Below are positions 56,536 through 63,964 of a DNA stretch of 64,000 bases, piece by piece. How positions within the stretch are numbered: the first letter of the stretch is position 1; every line of letters starts with the position of its first letter. Below the pieces are notes generated by a model. The model worked only from the letters and a program-made list of their open reading frames with translations, was not told the origin of the DNA and did no database searches. The position numbers and the translations under genes were made by a program. Source of the DNA: an uncultured Acidobacteriota bacterium (lineage in GTDB: Bacteria > Acidobacteriota > Terriglobia > Terriglobales > Acidobacteriaceae); NCBI GenBank assembly GCA_963756315.1, contig CAVWNI010000001.1, forward strand, positions 48,801-112,800. The letters run 5' to 3'.

Positions 56536-56880
56536 GTATCCCGCACCAATTTGCCACCGATGTCTTTCTGGTGGTCACCGTCCTGGCGTGCTGGTTGGGA
56601 GTTCTCGGAATGTGGCGGATGCGCAAGCCTATACAGGCGCTCCACTACTTGTCATTTCCTGCCGCTATTGCTTCCATCGCAGTCACCATACGCGGTTGGG
56701 TTGGAGACAGGATTCACTCAAGCCACGGCGAAATGTATCGCGATCTCCGCGATTCTGATCGCGACCAACTCGATTGTTGCGCACGCTACAGCGCGTGCGT
56801 TTCGCGTCCGGGAATTGAATCATTGGGCACCCCGACCCGGGGATGACGTAGAGTTTTTGGGCCCGGGGTCGACGTCATGA
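56532..56880 (+). pseudogene. mrpG: Mrp/Mnh subunit G-like gene with an apparent +1 frame break near 56690-56715
   Basis: The frame from 56532 gives an MnhG-like N-terminus (LGMWRMRKPIQALHYLS...) and then a hydrophilic tail. The +1 frame gives TGFTQATAKCIAISAILIATNSIVAHATARAFRVRE and ends in an ATGA overlap with the next gene at 56877-56880. Confidence 0.6.
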
Positions 56881-57140
56881 TGATCTTCGGAGTGGTGCTG
56901 CTGTCGTTGATTGCGGTGACAGCCTTCGTAATTGTTCGCACACACGACGTTACATCGCAGGTGTTCGCGCTGACATTTTACGGATTGTTATTTGCCTTGA
57001 TGTTCTTCGTATTCCAGGCGCCGGATGTCGCACTGTCGCAGATCACCGTTGGAGGCCTGGCGCTGCCGTTGATGCTGATGCTGGCGATTTCCCGCATCCG
57101 CAGCCGCCGAGAACGCCTGGAAAAGAAGGCGGAAAAATGA
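56877..57140 (+). CDS. DUF4040 / MbhD-like small membrane subunit (MrpA C-terminal-domain-like)
   Basis: 87 aa. ...FVFQAPDVALSQITVGGLALPLMLML is the DUF4040 signature (APDVAL...VG). It has ATGA overlaps with both neighbours. Confidence 0.7.
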   Translation: MMIFGVVLLSLIAVTAFVIVRTHDVTSQVFALTFYGLLFALMFFVFQAPDVALSQITVGGLALPLMLMLAISRIRSRRERLEKKAEK

Positions 57141-57883
57141 ACGCCAAAGTCCGCATCCGCCTTTTCCTGACCGCAGGGATCGCTTTCCTCTTTTTCTACT
57201 GCATGGCGGCGCGCAATCTTGCGCCATGGGGCGAGTATCGCGGACCCTACGGGGACGCAGTCAGTCGCGTCGTGGTGTATCAGCGCCACGCGACCGACGT
57301 TGTGAATGCGATTACCTATGATTACCGCGGCTTCGACACCCTGGGCGAAGAGTTTATCCTGTTCAGCGCGGTCGGGGGCGTCATGCTGCTGCTGCGCAAA
57401 GAGGACGGAAAGCGCGAAATGCGCCAGGGACTGGATGATTATGCGACTTTGAGCGAGACGACAAAAGTGATCGTCGTACCGGCCATCGCAGTCAGCGTTC
57501 TGTTCGGGCTATATATCGCAACGCACGGCCAACTGACCCCCGGCGGCGGTTTTCAGGGCGGCGTCATCCTGGCCAGTGCGCCAATGTTGATTTATCTTTC
57601 GCAAAACACGCAGGCCTTTCAACGTCTGACGTCGCATCCATTGATGGAATTCATGGAAGCTTTGGGGGCAGCTTCCTACGCTGTTATCGGTATGGTCCCG
57701 CTCGCCATCGGAGTACCTTTCCTCACCAACATTCTGCCGCTGGGCAAGACCGGCGAAGTGTTCTCGGCCGGGAATATCGCGCTGATCAGCACTTGTGTCG
57801 GCATTGAAGTTACAGCCGCGTTCACGCTGGTCGTCTACGCCTATCTACAGGAAATAATTTCCGGTGCGAAGGAGGAGGAATAG
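57137..57883 (+). CDS. mrpB: Mrp/Mnh subunit B-like (MbhE+MbhF-like)
   Basis: VNAITYDYRGFDTLGEEFILFSAVGGVMLLL is the MnhB-domain signature. 248 aa, multi-TM. Confidence 0.8.
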   Translation: MNAKVRIRLFLTAGIAFLFFYCMAARNLAPWGEYRGPYGDAVSRVVVYQRHATDVVNAITYDYRGFDTLGEEFILFSAVGGVMLLLRKEDGKREMRQGLDDYATLSETTKVIVVPAIAVSVLFGLYIATHGQLTPGGGFQGGVILASAPMLIYLSQNTQAFQRLTSHPLMEFMEALGAASYAVIGMVPLAIGVPFLTNILPLGKTGEVFSAGNIALISTCVGIEVTAAFTLVVYAYLQEIISGAKEEE

Positions 57884-58234
57884 ATGCTGTTTCACATCTT
57901 CCCCTATCTGGTCGCAGCCTGGTTGTTTTTCTGTGGGCTGTATGGCATCGTCACCAGCCGCAACCTGATTCACACCGTTGTGTGCCTGGCGGTTTTGCAA
58001 ACATCAACCTACGTTCTGCTTGTGAGCATCGGATTCCGCGCTGGTGCCGCGGCGCCGGTGTTTGCCGATATCGCACCGGGCACGCTGACAGTCGATCCGC
58101 TGGTGCAGGCGCTGATGCTGACAGACATTGTTGTGGAGGCCACGGTTTTCGCACTGTTCCTTGCCATGCTGGTCAAGTCATTTGAAAAAGCCGGAACTTT
58201 GCGCCCGGACGATCTGCGCATCATGCGAGGCTGA
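57884..58234 (+). CDS. mrpC: Mrp/Mnh subunit C-like (NuoK-like)
   Basis: 116 aa with 3 TM. DPLVQALMLTDIVVEATVFALFLAML is typical of MnhC/NuoK. The ATG abuts the previous stop. Confidence 0.8.
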   Translation: MLFHIFPYLVAAWLFFCGLYGIVTSRNLIHTVVCLAVLQTSTYVLLVSIGFRAGAAAPVFADIAPGTLTVDPLVQALMLTDIVVEATVFALFLAMLVKSFEKAGTLRPDDLRIMRG

Positions 58235-58238
58235 CCGG

Positions 58239-60047
58239 TTGATCCTTTCGCCCGCGTTGCCCGTTGCAGTCCCATTGCTTGCCGCTGCATTGGTGGCTGG
58301 TCTGCGCCATTTTCTTTCGCGCAGCGTAGCCGATTCGATCGGCATTGCGACGGCTGCCTTCAACTTTGTCTTTTCGATATTTCTGCTGAAGGCGTCATGG
58401 TGCCACCCGTTTGTCTACTGGTTTGGAAACTGGTATCCACGCGGCCATGTCGTGCTGGGGATTTGTTTTGTTATTGACCCTGTCGGCGCAGGCTTTGCAG
58501 TCCTGGCAGGTTTTCTGGCGTTGCTGGCTCTTTTGTTTTCCTGGCGGTTCGTTGAATCGGGCCACAAGCTCTACCACCCCTTGATGCTTGTATTTCTCGG
58601 GGCAATGTCCGGCTTTGTGCTGACTGGCGATCTGTTCAACATGTTCGTGTTCTTTGAGCTGATGAGCACGGCGGCATTCGCCTTGTGCGGTTTGAAAACC
58701 GGCGAACCGGCGCCGCTGCAGGGCGCGTTCAATTTCGCGATCACCAACACCATCGCCGCCTTTCTGGTACTCACTGGAATCGCATTTCTATATGGAGCGA
58801 CCGGCGCGCTGAACCTGGCGCAGATCGGAAGTTCCCTGGGATCCAGACACGATTCACTGGTGATCGTCGCCTTTCTCTTTATTACCTGCGGCTTCTTGAT
58901 CAAAGCTGCTGCCGTACCGTTTCACTTCTGGCTTCCGGATGCACACGCGGTGGCGCCGACGCCGGTATGCGTTCTGTTCTCAGGTTTGATGGTGGAACTG
59001 GGGCTCTATGCGGTGATGCGAGTGTACGCGACTGTCTTTCAGCACGCCTTTGCCGGGCATGCTGCCGGACTGCGCGTGGTTTTCGTCACGCTCGGAGTCA
59101 TTACAGCATTGTGGGGCGCATTCATGTGCTATGCCGAGCACCACCTCAAGCGCATGCTCGCCTTCTCGACTATCAGCCATATGGGGCTGATGATTATCGG
59201 CTTTGGATTGCAGTCCGCGATCGGTCTTGCCGGTCTGTGCCTCTACATGATCGCGCATGCACTGGCAAAAGCCGGGCTGTTCTTTGTTGCAGGAATCCTT
59301 CTCCATCGGCTGCGCAGCATGAGTGAGACGGTTTTATTTGCCCGAGGGCGGAAGCTGCGTTTTACTCCAATTTTGTGGGTGCTTGGAGGACTTGCCCTGG
59401 CCGGGATGCCGCCGTTCGCAACTTATTTGGGAGAATCGCTGGTTTCTCAGGCTGGCGAAGGCGCCGGTTACGGTTGGATACCGGCGGTGTTCATGGGAGC
59501 TGGAGCGTTCACCGGAGCTGCGGTATTGCGCGTCGGCATGCGCACCTTCGCGGGCTGGGGTGATCCGGGACCATCCGATCGCGCTTCCAGAGTGGATGAA
59601 CTGCCCGAGACCCCCGAAGTGGACCGAATGATCAATTGGTTCCTGTTCGTTCCTGCGGCAATTTGCATCCTCGGCTGTACCGCCATCTGCTTTGTGCCAG
59701 GTCTTCGCCAGGACGTGGGACTGGCGGCGACGCGCTTTCTCGATCAGGGGGCCTACATCCACCTGGTGTACACCGGCGCCTGGACATCGTCTCCTGGTCT
59801 ATATCCTTTGCCATCATTGATGGGGCCAGGACTTCGTGGCGCCGCCGCGGCCTTGTTGGCATTGCTGATCGCACTGCTCTCCGTATTTCATCGCTCGGTT
59901 CCACGGTGGCTGCGCTGGCCCTCGCATATTGAGGGGCCGATGCGTTCCATCCGTGGCCTGCAGAGCGGCCACCCAGGCGACTACGTGACCTGGCTGACGG
60001 TCGGCGTATCGACCCTGGGCGGCGCGCTGTACCTGCTGCTGCGATAG
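58239..60047 (+). CDS. mrpD: Antiporter-like subunit (MrpD/NuoN/MbhH-like) with a C-terminal extension of about 160 aa
   Basis: TTG at 58239, 4 nt after the mrpC stop, gives (M)ILSPALPVAVPLLAAALVAG. The core motif is GDLFNMFVFFELMSTAAFALCG. The ORF track begins at an upstream alternative start (58128) inside mrpC. Confidence 0.8.
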   Translation: MILSPALPVAVPLLAAALVAGLRHFLSRSVADSIGIATAAFNFVFSIFLLKASWCHPFVYWFGNWYPRGHVVLGICFVIDPVGAGFAVLAGFLALLALLFSWRFVESGHKLYHPLMLVFLGAMSGFVLTGDLFNMFVFFELMSTAAFALCGLKTGEPAPLQGAFNFAITNTIAAFLVLTGIAFLYGATGALNLAQIGSSLGSRHDSLVIVAFLFITCGFLIKAAAVPFHFWLPDAHAVAPTPVCVLFSGLMVELGLYAVMRVYATVFQHAFAGHAAGLRVVFVTLGVITALWGAFMCYAEHHLKRMLAFSTISHMGLMIIGFGLQSAIGLAGLCLYMIAHALAKAGLFFVAGILLHRLRSMSETVLFARGRKLRFTPILWVLGGLALAGMPPFATYLGESLVSQAGEGAGYGWIPAVFMGAGAFTGAAVLRVGMRTFAGWGDPGPSDRASRVDELPETPEVDRMINWFLFVPAAICILGCTAICFVPGLRQDVGLAATRFLDQGAYIHLVYTGAWTSSPGLYPLPSLMGPGLRGAAAALLALLIALLSVFHRSVPRWLRWPSHIEGPMRSIRGLQSGHPGDYVTWLTVGVSTLGGALYLLLR

Positions 60048-60193
60048 ATGCCTGATTGTCCGGCAGACAAATCGGTATCCCGCCAACTCGACGATTCGCC
60101 GCCGTCTTTTACACTGGAGACTGACTGAGTAATTTCAGAACCTGAATCGGCTCCGCATACATGCACGGGAGTTGCGGCCGGGGTGATTGGCTC

Positions 60194-60207
60194 TTGATCG
60201 CTGTCAA
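60194..60207. promoter_or_regulatory. FNR/FixK/CRP-type box TTGAT-cgct-GTCAA upstream of the cbb3 oxidase genes
   Basis: 9/10 match to TTGAT-N4-ATCAA, about 95 bp upstream of the small ORF (60303) and about 250 bp upstream of the oxidase ATG. Confidence 0.4.
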
Positions 60208-60302
60208 CCCGTAGTAGTCTTAAGATCGTTTGCGGGCAGCGCATAAGCTTTCCGCGCACCTGAATGATTTCGGCAAATTCCCCTGACGGAGGTACTTCGA
60301 GG

Positions 60303-60458
60303 ATGGCGAAACCCGGCGGCGAGCCGTTTTCGCGCAAGCAGGAATTATTTGTCATCTTGCTTCTGCTGCTGGGGACTCTCCTGGCTCTGGGCGCGATCTA
60401 TTACCTGGACCGGCCGCACGTTTCGATACCCTCCACCTCCCAGCGGAGCAACCATTGA
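60303..60458 (+). CDS. Small single-TM protein translationally coupled to the oxidase gene
   Basis: MAKPGGEPFSRKQELFVILLLLLGTLLALGAIYYLDRP... GGAGG lies 10 nt upstream, and the stop overlaps the oxidase ATG (TGATG). The ORF track starts at 60264. Confidence 0.45.
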   Translation: MAKPGGEPFSRKQELFVILLLLLGTLLALGAIYYLDRPHVSIPSTSQRSNH

Positions 60459-63055
60459 TGACTGAAGATTCAGAGAGGGAGCGGGTCCCGGTAGCCACCG
60501 GCCTGGTGCGCGCGCACACTTACGCGGCCTTTGTCGGATTACTTCTTTCGGCCCTGTTCGGGTTGACGGTTTCGATTAAGTTTCACGTCCCCGAGTTTCT
60601 GACCAATCACGCTGCGCTGACGTGGGGACGATTACGGTACGACCACACGCAGGGCATCCTGTATGCGTGGCTCGGGAATGCATTCCTGGCGTTCATCTAC
60701 TACGCAGTTCCCTTTCTGACCCGCCGCCGCGTCACCAGCGAACGGCTCGGCTGGATCATGTTCTTCGTCTACAACTTTGTGGCCGTGCTGGGTGGATGGA
60801 CGCTGGTCCTGATGGGGGTGCTGCAGCCACTGGAATGGGCGGAGTTCCCCCTGGTCATCGCAGCGGTCATTGAGACCTGCTTCGTTCTGATGATTGTGCA
60901 GTTCGGCATTCCATTTCTGAAATGTGGGGCGTCTGAACTCTATGTTTCGGGCTGGTACCTGCTGGGCGGAATCACATTTACAACGCTCGCGTATCCGCTC
61001 GGCAACATTGTTCCGCATCTGCTTCCGGGAGCCATGGGAGCAGCCTTCAGCGGTCTTTGGATTCATGATGCGGTGGGACTCTTCGTCACTCCCATGGCGG
61101 TCGCGGTGGAATATTTTGTGATCTCCGCGGTCACACGGAAGCCAATCTACAGCCACTTTTATTCCATGGTTGGATTCTGGCTGCTCTTTCTTGTCTATCC
61201 GCTCAACGGCATTCATCATTACCTGTACTCTTCCCTGCCGATGATGGCGCAGCACGTGTCTGAAGCCGCATCCATCTATCAGGGAATTGATGTCATTCTT
61301 GTCGTGACAAATCTCCTGCTCTCCATTGCTATTGCAACTGAGGGTACGGTGCTGGAAGACGTTCCCCTGCGCTACATTTGGACCAGCATTGTGCTGTATC
61401 TGATCGTGAGCCTTCAGGGCTCGGTGCAGGCCGTCATGGCATTCAACCGGTTCATCCATTTCACGGATTGGGTGATCGGCCATTCGCACCTGGCGATGAT
61501 TGGATTTGCCTCATTCGCAGCGATGGGCGGGGTGAGCCATGTCTGGCAGCGAATACCCGGGGTGCGGCACAGCCGGCGGGCATTGGCGTGGTCCTACTGG
61601 CTTCTTCTCATCGGACTTGGCCTGATGGTGCTCGACCTGACCGGCGCGGGACTTGTACAGGCCAGCCTGTGGCAAAGGCACCTTCCGTGGATCGATTCTG
61701 TACGCGCCTCCAGACCCTACTGGATCTTTCGCACGGTCGACGGATTGATTTTGCTCGCCGGTTTTATTGTCTTCGCATGCAGCTTTGTGACCGGCAAGAG
61801 AAATCCCTCCGGCTTCCTCGGCGTGGATCTCAAATCCGACGCATACCAATTGCCGGGCCACGACAAAGCTGATTCCTGGTTTACGACAGCGTACGCAGCC
61901 ACCTTTGGCGCAGGCGTAGTTTTTTTCGTACTGTCATTCCTGATGCTGGGCGTCTATCCCGCCATCCACCTGCACGAGTCGATTGAGAGGAACACGCCGG
62001 CTGGAGTCCACCTCACGCTGACCGCCGCCGAACAGCGCGGAGCCAAGCTGTATGCCATCGACGGATGCGCTTATTGTCATTCGATGCAGGTGAGGTACAC
62101 CGCCGCGGACGAGTGGCGCTTCGGGAAACCTACGCAGGCGTGGGAGACTCGCCAGGAATATCCACAGATGTGGGGCACCCGCCGTATCGGGCCGGACCTT
62201 GCTCGTGAATCCGGCAAACGACCGGCGGACTGGCAACTGGTCCATCTCTACGACCCGCGTTATGTCGTGCCGGACTCCATGATGCCTTCGTTCCCCTGGC
62301 TATTCGACGGCTCGCCTGATCGGCCCACGCAGGATGCCCGCGATCTGGTCGCCTATCTCAACACTCTTGGCCGCGCCGAAGCAAAGCTTTCGCCCGTGAA
62401 ACCGGTTCCGGTCTACGTCCTGCCCGTGGCTGCGTCGCAGGATGATCGTGAACAAGGCCGCGCGGTCTTTCTAAGTAATTGTTCTGGATGCCATGGCGTT
62501 CGCGCCGATGGCGAATCGATTGGTGGCCGCTCTCTGCGACCAGTCGCCTTCGATCTTGCCGGATTTCGTCTAACGGATGATCGCATCTGGCGCGCTCTGG
62601 AGCAAGGCGTTCCGGGATCATCGATGCCGTCCTGGGAGATGTTGCCCGCCTCTGATTTCCGGGCGGTTGCGGATTACGTGTCGTCCATAGGGAATGCCGG
62701 CTCGCTGAACCCGGATGAGCAGGTGGCATCGCCGGAGGTATTGAAGGAGGCTGGAAGAAGGCTTTACGAAACCGACTGCGCGCGTTGTCATGGCGATGAT
62801 GGGGACGGAAGCGGACCCGACGGGGCGGTGCTTCTGCCGCACCCGGCAAACTTCCATCAGATGATGCCTTCCTACCCCGCCGCAGCCCGGATTCTTCAGT
62901 CCGGCGTGCCCGGCAGCGGGATGCCCGCGTTCCCCCTGTTGACACCCGCCGAAGTTCAGGCGGTCACGTATTATCTGCGTTCGTTTTATAGTGAGGCGAA
63001 CAAGCAACCCGCGGCCGCAACCTCTGCTTCCCCACAGAGGGGAGAAATGCAATGA
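60458..63055 (+). CDS. ccoN: cbb3-type cytochrome c oxidase, CcoN-CcoO-CcoP fused in one polypeptide
   Basis: CcoN motifs: RLRYDHTQ, WIHDAVGLFVTP, GIHHYLYS and FTDWVIGHSHLAMIGF. CcoO-like part: a TM anchor, CAYCH (62066-62080) and WGTRRIGPDLARESGKRPADWQLVHLYDPRYVVPDSMMPSFPWLF. CcoP-like part: CSGCH (62480-62494) and CARCH (62777-62791). Confidence 0.88.
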   Translation: MTEDSERERVPVATGLVRAHTYAAFVGLLLSALFGLTVSIKFHVPEFLTNHAALTWGRLRYDHTQGILYAWLGNAFLAFIYYAVPFLTRRRVTSERLGWIMFFVYNFVAVLGGWTLVLMGVLQPLEWAEFPLVIAAVIETCFVLMIVQFGIPFLKCGASELYVSGWYLLGGITFTTLAYPLGNIVPHLLPGAMGAAFSGLWIHDAVGLFVTPMAVAVEYFVISAVTRKPIYSHFYSMVGFWLLFLVYPLNGIHHYLYSSLPMMAQHVSEAASIYQGIDVILVVTNLLLSIAIATEGTVLEDVPLRYIWTSIVLYLIVSLQGSVQAVMAFNRFIHFTDWVIGHSHLAMIGFASFAAMGGVSHVWQRIPGVRHSRRALAWSYWLLLIGLGLMVLDLTGAGLVQASLWQRHLPWIDSVRASRPYWIFRTVDGLILLAGFIVFACSFVTGKRNPSGFLGVDLKSDAYQLPGHDKADSWFTTAYAATFGAGVVFFVLSFLMLGVYPAIHLHESIERNTPAGVHLTLTAAEQRGAKLYAIDGCAYCHSMQVRYTAADEWRFGKPTQAWETRQEYPQMWGTRRIGPDLARESGKRPADWQLVHLYDPRYVVPDSMMPSFPWLFDGSPDRPTQDARDLVAYLNTLGRAEAKLSPVKPVPVYVLPVAASQDDREQGRAVFLSNCSGCHGVRADGESIGGRSLRPVAFDLAGFRLTDDRIWRALEQGVPGSSMPSWEMLPASDFRAVADYVSSIGNAGSLNPDEQVASPEVLKEAGRRLYETDCARCHGDDGDGSGPDGAVLLPHPANFHQMMPSYPAAARILQSGVPGSGMPAFPLLTPAEVQAVTYYLRSFYSEANKQPAAATSASPQRGEMQ

Positions 63056-63267
63056 CAGCCTATCTGTTGGGTGGCGCCACGCTAATTCTGCTGGGGCTGA
63101 TGTTCTGGCGCAGCTCGTCGCCGGAATTTCGCAGAAAGAGCGAGCAGCCGAAGTTTCAGTTTCTTGCAAACCTGGGATTCAGACCCGACATGAATGCCCC
63201 AACCGACGTTCCCGACAAAACCGTGACTCCAGAACGGAAAGGACCCCATGAAGAGCATAAGCCGTAG
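63052..63267 (+). CDS. Small single-TM protein, possibly CcoQ/FixQ-like
   Basis: MTAYLLGGATLILLGLMFWRSSSPEFRRKSEQ... has the TM-W-x-basic pattern seen in FixQ. The ATG overlaps the oxidase stop (ATGA), and the 3' end overlaps the next gene by 20 nt. Confidence 0.4.
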   Translation: MTAYLLGGATLILLGLMFWRSSSPEFRRKSEQPKFQFLANLGFRPDMNAPTDVPDKTVTPERKGPHEEHKP

Positions 63268-63964
63268 GTCGTTTGTTGCTTCCGCTGTTGCCGGAGCTGC
63301 CTCGCTAAGCGCCATCGGAACGCAGTCTCCAGGCGCGGACGCGCAACTTGTCTACACCACCAAGGACTGGAGTACGACCGAGTTCGATCAGCTGGCGAAA
63401 CTTCCTGCCCGCGTGAAGCAGGTGTACGACGTGAGTGCCATCGGCGGCGGAAAATTTCTGAACAACATCAAGAACTCCTTGAATGGTCTGCACTTTGGGT
63501 TCGGAATCCAAGACAATCAGATCAAAGTTGTGGCTGCATTGCATGGGGCGGCGAACATGCTGAATTTCGACGACTACATCTGGGAAAAATACGGCATTGG
63601 AGCATGGCTTGACGTTGACGATCCCGGGACTGGGAAGCCGGCCACAAGAAATCCTTTCTATCCCAGCAAGGGCGGCGCCGACCTGCACTACGCTTCTCAG
63701 GATCCTGACAGTGAAGACTCGATTTACCAGGACACCAGTATTGCGGCGCTGCAGCATCGCGGGGTCAAGTTTCTCAGCTGCCATACGGCGAGCGAAGAGC
63801 AGGTCCGCAAACTGATCCCGCACAATCACCTGTCGGAGAAGCCCGAGCAAATCGTTACGGACATGCTGGCGCACGCACTTCCTGGCGTGCTGGTCGTAGC
63901 CTCCATGGTCGCCGCCATCGCGCTGCTGCAAAGTGAAGGTCATTACAGCTACATTACCGTCTAA
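63248..63964 (+). CDS. Tat-signal periplasmic protein, DsrE/DsrF-like (COG1416-like) fold
   Basis: Twin-arginine signal MKSISRRSFVASAVAGAASLSA. The pattern VKQVYDV...NNIKNSLNGL...IKVVAALHGAA...GVKFLSCHTA...LPGVLVVASMVAAIALLQSEGHYSYITV resembles the DsrE-like family. GGAAAGGA RBS is present. Confidence 0.5.
   Translation: MKSISRRSFVASAVAGAASLSAIGTQSPGADAQLVYTTKDWSTTEFDQLAKLPARVKQVYDVSAIGGGKFLNNIKNSLNGLHFGFGIQDNQIKVVAALHGAANMLNFDDYIWEKYGIGAWLDVDDPGTGKPATRNPFYPSKGGADLHYASQDPDSEDSIYQDTSIAALQHRGVKFLSCHTASEEQVRKLIPHNHLSEKPEQIVTDMLAHALPGVLVVASMVAAIALLQSEGHYSYITV

Noticed and set aside
59981-60355. A 124-aa minus-strand ORF spanning the mrp-cco intergenic region.
   Set aside because: It has no RBS and no recognisable domain. 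It overlaps the 3' end of mrpD and the 5' end of the small plus-strand ORF, and the region is better explained as promoter/regulatory DNA containing the FNR-type box.
60632-61489. Long antisense ORFs opposite well-supported genes. Examples: 60632-61489(-) in ccoN, 63305-63973(-) in the Tat-protein gene, 20930-21739(-) and 23678-24424(-) in gltB, 12641-13351(-) and 13029-13700(-) in the DUF4965 gene, and 16787-17383(-).
   Set aside because: These are typical shadow ORFs of high-GC DNA. Their translations are Arg/Pro/Gly/Ala-rich with no motifs, while the sense-strand products carry unambiguous family signatures.
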